Origin: Callorhinchus milii | Lineage: Eukaryota | Reading direction: 5' to 3' | Length of the DNA: 64,000 bases | Assembly: GCF_018977255.1 (NCBI RefSeq) | Contig: NW_024704742.1 | Span: 114,640,001-114,704,000 of the forward strand | Shown: piece after piece, positions 48,876 to 60,836 of the stretch | Layout of the letters: each line of letters starts with the position of its first letter | Numbering within the stretch: the stretch's first letter is position 1 | Notes under the pieces: generated by a model | Seen by the model: only the letters and a program-made list of their open reading frames with translations | Database searches by the model: none | Told to the model about the DNA's origin: nothing | Translations under genes and position numbers: made by a program

Positions 48876-49541
48876 CTGTAAGGAAAGAGAGGGCTTTATT
48901 TCTTTGAAATGTGGCAGTGTTTGTAACTTGTTAAATGTGAAAAATTGTGATGCAGCTTAACTGATTCGATGTCTTATTGAATTGTAAGAAACACTAATAT
49001 TCCCAGTCAATAACTGAAAAGTGGCCATGAGTATTAATCCTCCACAATCCACACCTTTCTTTAATTTTGATACAATAGTTGGAGTTGAAGCCAGTCTGGA
49101 GATTTTGGCGCCATTGTCATTGTTGCTTAAGTATCTAACAAACATCCTTGTTGCTGCCAGTTGTGAAATGCTGACTTTAAATCCGCTTCATGAGATACAG
49201 GCATAATTGACCATTCACTTCATGGCTGTTTGAGGGACTTTGCTGTGCTCAAATTGTCTGCTGAATTCACCCTCAAATCACACACAGTCCCTCTGACTTA
49301 CAGTGCATCCTGTGAAGCGCTTTCGGACGTCCTCCCAATATGAAAGCGCTCACCAAATGTAAGGCTTTGGGCCTGACCATTGTGCCATAATCAGGACGGA
49401 AGGGGAAGTGGTCACAGCAGTGGAATAATAGTACTCAATGTTGTCAATTGCCACCAGGTCAATTTCTGTGGTCACACTGTTCCCGAGGATCTCTGATCGA
49501 CATCTATAACGGAGGTTGTTCCATGCAATTGGTTGAATTAC

Positions 49542-49656
49542 TTCCTTCAGTCCTCGACAAAATCTGCCAAATACTCGCCTCATGTTCTCCATAGAGATAA
49601 TGTGCAAATGATCTTCCTCATTGATCCATATCAAGAATGTCTTATCGGAGTTGTCC
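49542..49656 (-). pseudogene. ckmt2: ckmt2-like exon remnant (NEED motif), KGG codons deleted
   Basis: tag|[38 protein letters not shown]|gtaatt. Confidence 0.9.
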
Positions 49657-50129
49657 CTATCATAAAACATTCATAAAATATAATTCAATGGACAAAATAC
49701 ATTGGATTCACAGAACCCATTTTGCTCTTGTTCTTAGTTCTAACTCCACATGTTCAAAAGGGGAGAAATTCCACCTGGGTCTTTGATTTACTCTATGTAG
49801 CATTTTAGAATAACCAGAATTTGACAAATTGATTAATTCAGTTTTACCTTTCAAGTCAGTTTTCTGTAGTTGTTAACATCAGTGTAACTGGGTTTGACTA
49901 AACCAAACTCCCAGAGGACAGATATTCCTCTATGATAAGCATAACTGTGTAAGTGCCTCAGGGCTGAATGAAAGCTGCATTCTGAGTGAAGTGGCAGAAT
50001 ATTGGAACTGTTTTTATTAATGTCAAAAAATTTGAGAAATTATGAATGCAAACATTAATTCTGAATGTTTCCTGTAAGAAATGATTGCTTGAGTTTTCCA
50101 GTTGACAGAATGCCTGGCAGTGTATGTCT

Positions 50130-51163
50130 ACAACAACAACAACAAGATTCCATTTATAGAGCGCCTTTCACGTCGGGAGGACGTCCCAAGGTGCTGTACA
50201 GTTGGGTCAGGACCCGAGAAGGGGGGAAATGGTCAGGGTGAGGGAAGGGAGGGAGCGAGGAGGGGGTAGAGAGTCGAGAGGGGAGCTGAAGGCACGGTCA
50301 AAGAGAAAGGTCTTGAGACCGGCCTTGAAGGAGGAAAGGGAGGAAGCAAGGCAAAGGCACTGGGGGATAGAGTTCCAGAGCCTGGGGGCTGAGAGGCTGA
50401 AGGCACGGCCACTGATGGTAGGGCGGTTGGGGCGGGGGATGTGGAGTAGACCGGAGCCAGAGGAACGGAGGGTACGGGCAGGTAAGTAGGGGGATAGTAG
50501 GTTGGAGAGGTAGGAGGGAGCAAGGCCGTGAATGGCCTTGTAGGTGAAGATGAGGATCTTGAAATTGATCCTCTGGGGGATGGGGAGCCAGTGGAGGCGA
50601 GCGAGGGTGGGAGTGATGTGGTCGCGAAGCCTGGTGCGGGACAGTACACGAGCTGCAGAGTTCTGAATGACCTGCAGCTTGTGGAGGGAGGTGCCGGGAA
50701 GGCCGGCGAGGAGAGAGTTCCCATAGTACAGCCTTGAGGTGATAAAGGCGTGGACCAGAGTTTCAGCAGCGTGAGGGGTGAGGTAGTGCCGTAGTCTGGC
50801 GATGTTCCGGAGGTGATGGAAGGCGGTGCCAGTTGTGGTGCGGATATGAGGGAGAAAGGACAGCTCAGGGTCGAACAGAACCCCGAGGTTCCTGACTGCT
50901 TTGAGAGGTGGAGAGTGCAGCCTTGGATGCTGATGCTGTCAGCCCCTGAGGTGCGGAGGCGCTGACGTGAGCCAATCAGGAGGGCCTCAGTTTTGCGCAC
51001 GTTGAGCTGAAGAAAGTTGTCTCTCGTCCAGGACTCGATGTCGGACAGGCAGCTGTCAGGACATCGGTGATCGTGGAGTTGAGGGTAGAGGAGGAAAGGT
51101 AGAGTTGGGTGTCTTCCGCATACATGTGGAAGTTAACCCCATGTCTGCGGATGATGTCACCAA
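50130..51163 (-). mobile_element. L2-clade LINE, 5'-truncated young copy
   Basis: Near-identical to 905-1751 on the opposite strand; (CAA)n tail at 50130; reaches the RT catalytic motif (YAED in this copy). Confidence 0.92.
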
Positions 51164-53024
51164 CTTGTAGCTACAAAACATAGCCGTGTGCAAACCTTAA
51201 TTTACAACAGATATTAGTTTGCAAAGATCTGTTTCAATGCTTCATTGGAAAAGAGAAATAGGTGACTCAGAATATATCGACAATCTATAAAAGCCAAGAG
51301 TTATCCTGTTTAATGATATACAGCAGCTGATTTAGTGAAGTAGACCAGAATTACTCCAAACATATACTCTATAGGTCATAAACATTAGGTCTAAACCAGG
51401 TCTAACTTAGTGATAATCTGATACCACATCACAGATATTAGATACCTTTGATAAGGTCAGCAAAGAGATAGCAATTGTTAGCCTTCTTGAAGCAGATAAA
51501 TGGAATGGCTACAAGTACTATTAAAAGATCCAAGGTAATTCCTGGTGCTTCACTGAAGAAAATAGCTTAGGGACTAACAAGTGAATTGTTTCTCTGCGTA
51601 ATAAGGAGAAGAAGGTTTTTTTTTCAAAGGCGGTTGGAGGTAACAATGTTGTTTTTCCATTGCTGGCCCCACATTATGGAAAATCAACTTTATCTTTGTT
51701 AAAATCAAAAAAGGCTGACTGTTCAAGTTAGGTTTTTTTTTGGTCAGCCTGGTGTCTGACACTTGCTGAAACCCATCATCGTACCAAACCAGAGTTCTTT
51801 CCATCCCACTTATACATGGAATTTCCACAGGTATTTGTTGAAATGGAAAGCATACTTTCTTTGGAGGGCATACCCTGCTTACATAATTCCAGAGAGTTTT
51901 AGGTGTAGGTTGGCAAGAGCCAAGGCTTGAGAAGCCCAGAATGTGTGTTGGGATACTGCTGGAGTCTAAACATCCAAAACCACATAGCTTTCCATTAGAA
52001 GCACTGTTGGCCAAGCTTTCTCACTGTTCTCCAGCTAGGACCACCCTATCCATTAGAGCATTTGGCATCACTGCTTAATCTAGGTTCTCATGTGAGCATC
52101 TTCATCAAATAAACGTGATTGTTGTGAAGCTAACTCTGCCTCCACAGTGATCAGCAACAGAACAGTGTAGGCGAGAGCCCTCCTTTCCTGCATTTGCTTC
52201 CTGTGTTTCCCATCTCATTCTTCCGGGGATAATAATCCCTTCAAAAATAATAATAATAATAATTTGGTCTCTCAATCCACAACTGCCGCGTTTCGCCCAC
52301 AAAACACACAGTCAATTCACTTCACTGTGTAACTAACGCTTTGAGATGTCTAAACAATGTGATAAGGCACTATATCAAATACAAGGATTATTATTATTAT
52401 TGATCTTGGACATTGCAAATAGGCCTCTCTGCGCTAGGAACTCAGATCTAGCACAGAATGGCATTAAACCAGGCTTTCTGGGTCACAATGATTCTGTTCC
52501 ATACTAGTCAGTGCCTTTACAATTCAAACCACAACAGGAAGTATTAGTGTTGTATCTGTAAATGTAGTGAAGCATTTTACTGAATAATTGGTGTAACTAT
52601 TCACATCCTTAAACAACAAAATAAACTTTCAAATGTTCTGAAACTGTTATAAGAAAATATATATAAAGATATGATTACATCTTTAGTTCAGTACAGTGTG
52701 CACATGTACCAGTCCCGACACCTTAGGACAGGGAAACATTTGCATGTGTAAGGAATGCTAGTTGAAAGCGAGATGGTAATAATAATAATCATCCTTGCAT
52801 TTGATATAGAGCATTATCACATCATCAACAAGCACTTCACAAGACTTACTATACAGTGTAGTGTCTGTGTATTTGTAGATGAACAATACCTATTGTATGT
52901 TAATGCCTGTTGACAGCACATTATTCAAAATTAAACAAATAGAGGAGCAATAATCTCAAAAAGATATGCACTATTAGTTCCAAGCATTACCAATGTGAAA
53001 ATAGATCAACTGAAATGATCTTGC

Positions 53025-53289
53025 TATTCCAGGCAGGGCGAAACCTTGGGCAAGTTTTCTTACTCCACGTGCCTAATAATAATCCCTCTAAAACAAAACA
53101 ATAATAAATTGGTCATTTTCAATCCACAACTGTTTGTGGGACTCTGCTGTGCGCAATTGGCTGCCGCGTTTCGCCCACAAATATACAGTTAATTCACTTT
53201 ACAGTCTATTCTGTGAAGCGCTTTGAGACGTCGAGAAGACATGAAAAGCGTTATATCAAAATGCAAGGATTATTATTATTATTATTATT
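53025..53289 (+). mobile_element. tRNA-derived SINE, 5'-truncated
   Basis: Nearly identical to the body of 47377-47693. Confidence 0.85.
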
Positions 53290-53764
53290 TGGGTTTATGC
53301 TACAGTGATAAGATGCTTCCCTCTAGTGGATAGCTCTGGCTAAATATCCTGCATTCGTCTTGGGGCAATTAATTGAATGGCCAATTAATCTGGTGAATTG
53401 TTGGCTAGGGCAGGTATTGTGAAGTGCTTCAAGAGGCATTAATAATGTGATAGGACTCTATATCAAATGTAAGGTTTATTATTATTATCTAGCTGTCAAC
53501 TACCATTCCCTACACGTGGAAATGATTCCTTGTCCTAAGGTTTTAGGCCTGGTAAATGTGCACACTGTATTGAACTAAAGATGTAATCATATCTTTATAC
53601 AACAACAACAACAACAACAACAACTTGCACTTATTTGGCGCCCTCCACACAGGGTAGCATCTCAGAGCACTTAAAATAATAACTTGCATTCCTATAGCAT
53701 TGTTTATATAGTCAAAACCTTAATGGGTACGTTGGTCCTAGCTGGATAATCAGTGAAAAAGCTG

Positions 53765-54005
53765 GTTAGACTCCAGCAATACTCCAATGCACACTCTGGA
53801 GTCCCCAAACTTGGCTCTTGTCAACCTGCGCCTAATGCTCTCTGGAATTAGGTAAGCAGAACATGCCCCTGCAGGGAGAGAACTCAGCTTCCATTCCAGC
53901 AAATATTTCTGGGATGCATGGAGCTCTCAGTTTGGTTTGGATACCCTTAAGCATGGTGATGGATTTTCTGCATGTGTCAGACACCCGACTGACCCCAAAA
54001 AATCC
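53765..54005 (+). repeat. Unclassified old interspersed repeat of about 250 bp
   Basis: Related copies at about 210-385, 10010-10360, 28515-28710, 31800-32285 (-, split by a SINE) and 51730-51970 (-). Confidence 0.65.
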
Positions 54006-54107
54006 ATTTCGCACCTCGTTGAACATTGAGACAATAGTGGCTGACATTCAGAATGAAAGGATGTACATAGGCAGTGCATTTTTTCTATTTTAATGAGAAC
54101 TGAGAAC

Positions 54108-54193
54108 CAAATTCCACAAGCATCTGGTCAATCTCTGACCAAACCAAAAGAAACTAGCAGACGAGAGATTGGTTTATTAAACAGAAAGTGGTC
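54108..54193 (-). pseudogene. ckmt2: ckmt2-like exon remnant with premature stop
   Basis: tag|DHFLFNKPISRLLVSFGLVRD*PDACGI(W)|gt, 86 nt. Confidence 0.88.
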
Positions 54194-54412
54194 CTAACTC
54201 GCAGTATTAGGAAAGGGCAAAACGTTAACCATACACTGGTACACAATATAAGGTCCTTGTGTTCATTGTCACCATGGCTTTTTCATTACCACGTCATTAA
54301 TAGTGTCAACAGTGTCAACACCAAACATCTAAGAAGATATGAATAGTTGTTTCCGGGAAATATAGATAGTCGTCACAGAGAGAATATTAGCCACAAACAA
54401 TAATTGCCAGTT

Positions 54413-54472
54413 CCATCCAGTATGGACAAGGGTTGATAGGACATTACGTTCATCAAAGTTCCCCTGTGTGAT
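54413..54472 (-). pseudogene. ckmt2: ckmt2-like exon remnant, 3' part deleted
   Basis: cag|ITQGNFDERNVLSTLVHTGW (cf. [20 protein letters not shown]), after which similarity stops. Confidence 0.8.
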
Positions 54473-55093
54473 CTGTGAAAGTCATAAAATAGAATTGTGA
54501 CTTGGAACCTGAACTGAACTACAGACAGCACAAGAGGAATGGTGGGTCTTAATACAGCTGGAGTGAAATACACAGGTTAAACACAGGAGGAAGTTTGTGA
54601 GAATAAAACACATCTTAATATCTTTGATTTTTCAAAAAAAAAGTTTCCAATGGCAAGAGATAATGATGAACTGTCAGGTCAACTTGACTCAAAAGTTCCT
54701 TTTCCTATGCTCGTAGAGAATCATTGCTCGTAATCATGCAGAACTCCACAGTCTCTTGGCCAAAGGAAGGGTGACATTTTTACTAAAAGTCACAAATTCA
54801 ATACTGATCCAGATTAAATCAGCAATGGAAAGAAAAAGAAAAAAATGCAGTCAGTATTGAACCATATTTATCCCAATTCAAAAAGATATTGATACTTAGC
54901 AAAGGTTTCGAGTCAATTAATGAAACTTTCTGAAAAATGCAAACAGGAAATAGAGTACATGTTGTTGGTGAAATTCGAAAAAGAAAATACATACTATAAC
55001 GTTATGTGATTTAACATCAGAACCACCATAAAGGCTTAAATCTCTCTCTTCTTCCCCAGCTTGATCTGTTCTTTTTACTTAGCTTAGACCTAC

Positions 55094-55189
55094 CTTTGAG
55101 GTTTCCAGATTTGTGTAAAGCCACGTGACATTTGGGATATAGCCATTGTGCCTCTCCTTAGTAACCTTGTTGAAAAGCTCAGCAAAAAC
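55094..55189 (-). pseudogene. ckmt2: ckmt2-like exon remnant
   Basis: cag|VFAELFNKVTKERHNGYIPNVTWLYTNLETSK|gtaggt, 96 nt. Confidence 0.85.
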
Positions 55190-56571
55190 CTGCATTCCAA
55201 TGAAAATATATTTTAATTTTTTTATTAAATTGTTAGTGAACATTGTTCATTCATTTAACTGTAATCCCTTATATTAATCATGTATAACATATGTTATATC
55301 CCTCCAACATAGCATAAGGGGTGATATTTGCAGTTTGTGTGTTATTTATCAATTAAATGTGCCAGAGGCAGAACACTCTGATGCTGGTCTGAGTTGTAAA
55401 AGTGCTTCGCAGGATGTACTATAAAGTGTAACTAATGTATACTTGTAGGCAAACAAGGCAGTCCATTTGCACACAGCAATGTCTCACAAACTGCCGTGAA
55501 GTGAATGGTCAATTATATTTGAGAGATTGTTGGTGGTGACACCAGACACTACTCCCAAATCTTTGATTTATACTCTATCCTTCTGCTGAAGCAAACCAGT
55601 ATTTTACTTCCATTGGTTTTCTTTATTGCACCAAAGTACTGAGTAAATGATCTATATCTATATAGAATATCCTAAGATCTATCTATTAAAATCTATAATA
55701 ATAGAAACACATCTATATTATATCTATAAGATATTTTCTGATAAACACAATGTACGACTGTTCCATTCAACACATTTTGGTTCTTTGTTCCTGTGCTAAT
55801 TATATATATATATACATATCAACATTGAACTGCATCTGCACTCCACTGGCCTAATTACAAAAGAGAGCAAAAAGGTTCAAGAAATTTGAATTTAACGTAA
55901 TCAGTATCCATAATCAGTTTATTACAAGAGTCCTCCTATTTTCTCACTAATTTCCCCCTTCCTATTCATCCACCCTAACTGCACCTACATGTAGGAACAT
56001 CAGAACAGGAGTAGGCCATTCAGCTCCTCGAGCCTGTTCTGCCATTCTACTAGATCATGGCTGATCTGTACCTCAACTCCAATTTTGATCACGTTGGATG
56101 ACTTATAACAGTTAGCAAGATTAGGAGAGGTTACTTCCCTCAATCTCTATTTTAAACTAAAATGCATATTTATCAAGCATTCACAGAGAATGCCACATAC
56201 AACTGTAAAGCTATATTTCTATGTGAAATTTGTCTGTCTCATTCATCCATACAAATACATACTGTACAGTAAAATCCTGTGAAGTGCTTTCAGAGGTGCT
56301 CCCGAAGAATATTATATCAAATGTAAGGATTATTATTAGAAAACTATTTATTTTAGACAGATACACGATTAAGTACATGAGGATTATAATGTCTTGTGAG
56401 TATTTGGATGGCTTATTATTATGCTATCCAAATACTCATGACCAGAACTGCTGTGAATTGTGACAGTGTCAATTGATTTTTGAGTCTTGTGATCCCTGCC
56501 CTTTGTAAACTAGATGTAACGCAAAGCACCACACAGCTCTGGGTTAGGCATTATGCTCTGGTGTTGGATAC

Positions 56572-56718
56572 CTTGGAGGATACATCATCTACCTCTGAAA
56601 GGTTGTCACACTGAAATCTCTCCATGACATTAGCCAGTGGTTAGTACCCCAGTCCCCACTGCTGCTAGCAGCATTGTGGTCTTACGGCTGCTCAGTATCT
56701 GACAGAATGTGCTTCCAT
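56572..56718 (-). pseudogene. ckmt2: ckmt2-like first coding exon remnant (mitochondrial presequence to YPPS)
   Basis: ATG g-a agc aca ttc (frameshift right after ATG), ...LLAAVGTGVLTTG, a second frameshift/stop, then ...MYPP(S)|gtatcc. Confidence 0.75.
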
Positions 56719-57139
56719 CCTATCCGTAGCTGGATCTACTTAAGGTAGAAAAGCTTAGATTTATTTCTAACATTTCATTCTTAATTGTTGTTATATTTCC
56801 CACTCTAGTTTTCTCGACTCTCCTGAAGGTGTTGAAATATATTGGTGTCAATTGCCATTTCCTGGCAGAGACGAGGCATTCATTTCAAAAGCAGAATGTT
56901 CTACCAAGCTCCCGTACTGAAATGAATCAGTCAGAGTATTTCAGTTCTAATCATACTGGCTTGTGATTCTGGTGATACAAACCCGTGGTAGACCTTGAGT
57001 CCGGTGATGGGGTTAAAAGTAATCAAGTCCGCCCTCCCCAGCAGGGAAGATGTTGCCTTGGTGAAAAAATCTCCTTCCTGGCGAGGAGATGGAAAGGCAA
57101 AGAATTAAGATTAAGCCTAACTTGATACATTGCCACATA

Positions 57140-57384
57140 AAAATTCCACCTGGATCTACAGGTTTACTCAGCGCTTTTGGACATCCTCCCAACCTGAAAG
57201 GTGCTCTATAAATGTAATTTTGTTGTTGTTGTTGTTGTTGAGTCCAGAATTTGACAGATTCTGAAATTCAGCCTTAATTTTGAAACTGGTTTTGTCTAAG
57301 CTCTTTTAAGAACTACAGAAATTTGAGATGCTCTGAAATACTAGGAAAATTGAGTAAATCTAGATCCAGATGTAATTTCTCCCC
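57140..57384. mobile_element. MITE-like element with terminal inverted repeats; contains a short L2 3' stub
   Basis: AAATTCCACCTGGATCTA..TTTACTCA at the left end and TGAGTAAATCTAGATCCAGATGTAATTT at the right end; related copies at about 48277-48476, 49760-49915 and 61811-62325. Confidence 0.65.
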
Positions 57385-60300
57385 AAATTATTTATTATTT
57401 TATCATTACTTATCCAACAAATAAAATCCATATACTGTATATAATAATAATAATCCTTGCATTTAATATAGCGCCTTATCACGTCTTCAAGACATCCCAA
57501 AGCACTTCACAGAATATACTGTAAAGTGTAGTGACTGTGTAGTTTGTGGGCAAAATGCGGCAGCCAATTACGCATAGCAGTGTCCAAAAATATGATCCAA
57601 ATATAATTTTACATTGAGGATTTGCAGTATATATTTATTTTAAATAAATGTTTAGGATTACAAGGGATGGTGGTTGTATTTGACTTCCTTCTTAACTTAA
57701 CTCACTGACTGCGAAGCAGATTCCACAGCTGGGCAATCGGTAATATCTCTTCCCCCTGTGCTGTCTTTTCAAACCAGCTTAGTGCTATCAGTCATTGCAG
57801 GGGCTGCTAAAAGTAACAGCGGATTTCACTTCAATGGCATTGCTGTGGCATTTGTGATATCCTTCTTTCGGTTCACGAGTAGTTCCACAAACCGATGTCG
57901 GTCATTCATCCTTAAGCTCGTTAGAGCTCTGCTCCATTTGCACACAATTTATTAACTGCTCTGAAGCCTGCAACCAAGGCCGGAGCGTAGAAAAAAACAC
58001 ATTATTGACAATCGTTTCATCTCAGCACAGAACTGGGTATTTTCATGACTGATCTAGCAGACGCCATTTTTACAATACAATACAATTTACATTTATATAG
58101 CTCCTTTCATATTGGGATGATATCTCAAAGTGATTGACAATGCTGGATGGGCACTCGAGCTAGGAGTAGGAGCCCAGGGGGTGGGGAGGAGAAAATAACC
58201 AAAAGTGTGGTCTAAAAGATAGGTTTTGAGAAAGCCTTGAACAAGCGGAGGAAGGGTCAAAGAGACTCCAGGATGGAGTTTCAGAGAAGAGGAACAAAAT
58301 GTCTGAAAGCCCGCTATCTGATGGTGGGGTGGATAGGGCATGGGACAGGATGTAGGCTGGTGTTTGCTGAGATTGAGGTCTGCTGGAAAACACAGGTCAA
58401 ACTGAAGAAAGACCTGACCAGTGAAATAGTGTATAGAATCCACTTGTCATTATTTTCATTGGTGCTAGATCATAAACTAGGCTGACACTCCAGCTGCAGT
58501 GCTGGGATGTGTTGCATTGTCGGAGGTGCTGCTTTTAAATGTGACGTTAAACTGAAATCCTGTCTGCCTGTGGACAGGTGGATGTTAAAGATCCCATGGC
58601 ACTATTGAAAAAAGAGAATTTCTCTCTGTGTACTGGCCAACAATCACACAGAATAAAAAATAATCATTCACTCCATGGCTGTTTGCTTGAACGTTACTGT
58701 GGGCAAATTTGCTGCCGCACAGTCACTACACATCACAAAAAAAAGGATTCTGTGAAGGATTTTGAGATGTTTCCATAAAATAAAGTTTAATATCACTATT
58801 AGCATTTTTGACCCCTCTGTTTTGGAACGCTCATTCTATCAGCACACATCAACACATCAGCTGGAGCATAGAGGAGGGATGTGGTATACAGTTTCTGCTC
58901 TGCAGCACAAACAATGTACTTCACTTTATCAAAAGTTATTGCAGTTACCGACTGGGACTGTGCTACATTAGGCTGAAACGTTGCTATATGTCTAGTGGTA
59001 TTATTAGACATGGAATACGTTTGGATCTTCCGTTCCCTGGGGTCTAATGAAGGCATTTAATTGTCTCATTGACTTTGAGAAATCCTCTTGTGAGCAGAGG
59101 TCTGCAACATCCTGCCATTTTTAGATTAACATCATCTAACAGCTAACATGCTTAAGAATTAATTATAATATTAAAATAAAACTGCTATTTGCAATTTTAC
59201 CATATTTTTAGATTTTTTACCTTCCTCAGACACAGTGTTTGCTACAATTAACAATATCTGGAAATAATTCCAGATATTGTTCATTGTATTTTAAACATCC
59301 AGGTACTGTGTATATCTTGATAGTCACAAGATTTTAGATATTTAACAACCTTTGGTGTTACCACTGAGAGATCTCAAATCACTTCTTAGAGAGTTTGAAG
59401 GGCCTTCTTCTTCTGAACCTCTCATGATTTTGAAATTAGCTAAATATGTCTTCATTTTGATCCTATGAATAATTTGATTTCAAGGAATAATCAAGCTTAT
59501 ATATCCTAAGGAACAAAGATATGCCAACTTTCCAAAACGTAGCACAGAATTTACAACTGATTTGCAAAACTTTTTTTTCTTTAAACAAGCCTTGTTCTAA
59601 CAAAAAAAACAGTCCCTGCTGAAATGACTGGAGGCAGTTGATATTGTTGCAAGGAAACTTTATAAGAATATATAAATAATCTGGACAAAGTGAATCAAGA
59701 AATATCTTTGTGGTTAGGCATTTTAATTTTGTCAAGGTGACAATGACAATGCAAAAATGTTAGGCTAGCCAAGAAAGGACTTAATAGATATAATGCTGGA
59801 TTTGGTGTCCTTGCCTGGGCTCATCTCCTAGTAATTTATTTACTGTATGATCTTGACTGATATTTTAAAAAATGGTCGTGGAGCAGTAACATTGAGAATG
59901 GGTGATACATGGAAAAAAATATATTTTTAAGTTGTTGTTGATCAATATATTGTCCATATGGCGAAGATACTGTCCTTTTGAGTCAACTGTTGTTTTATAT
60001 AACCCCCCACCTCCCCATTGCTTTTGCAAAGAAAATGATCTAAAACATGCTTTACAGCTTGCTTAAGGATCTAGTCTGCAGGCAGGGAATTAATCACAAA
60101 TCCCAGGGTTTCTGGTTGAGGAACTTGATGGAATCCTAGATATTGTTGCAAAGAACGTTAATTCAAATATTATGTATACTTCAAAACAAAATGCTACAAT
60201 GTTATTGAAAATGTGAGGTTGTCATTTATAATAGTTAGAAGCCTATAATTTAAAATTTCATATTCAAAATTATATGTGATTATATTTAATCGTTTTCTGG

Positions 60301-60836
60301 AGTAATCATCCCTCCCCCCAAACATTGGTTACTCAATCCATGACTGTTTGTGGGACAATGCCATGTGCAATTGGTTTCTGCATTTCACCCACAAATACCC
60401 AGTCAATCCACTTTACAATATATATTCTGTGTTTTTTGAGACGTCTAAACAACGTGATAAGCACTCTGAGAAGCTACCCCGCCTGAAGGGCACGATATAA
60501 ATGCAAGTTGTTGTTGTTGATAAGGCACTATTATTGTTACTATATTTGGTCAGTATGTACATAATTTAATGCACACATGCTATGTTTTGCCTTCTGTAAT
60601 GTTAATACTATGGGTTTGAATATACACTCAGTCAGGCGCCAGTGAAATTCAGCTCAAGAGCATACTTCTGTTTCACAACAAAGGTCTGTCTTATGGATTG
60701 CAATGACAGCTCCTGTCTGTGCATGTTAAGTATTGGTTAAAAAGAAATTGCATCATAAAATTTATAACTTTATCACAGTGGTTGTTCATTATTTCTCACA
60801 TTTCTAACTAGATTTCTAACTAGATCACATTTCTAA

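Larger units (their letters stand above)
47726..56718 (-). pseudogene. ckmt2: Unprocessed pseudogene of mitochondrial creatine kinase (sarcomeric, ckmt2-like)
   Basis: Seven exon remnants in the correct order at mitochondrial-CK intron positions, with in-frame stops (54128-54130, 48852-48854), 1-nt deletions, a 3-codon deletion and a truncated exon. The presequence-like N-terminus STFCQILSSRKTTMLLAAVGTGVLTTG resembles CKMT2. Confidence 0.88.

Noticed and set aside
48852..54130. Stop-codon readthrough or selenocysteine at the TGA/TAA in the CK-like exons
   Set aside because: The TGA replaces a conserved Trp and co-occurs with frameshifts and deletions; pseudogenisation explains it.
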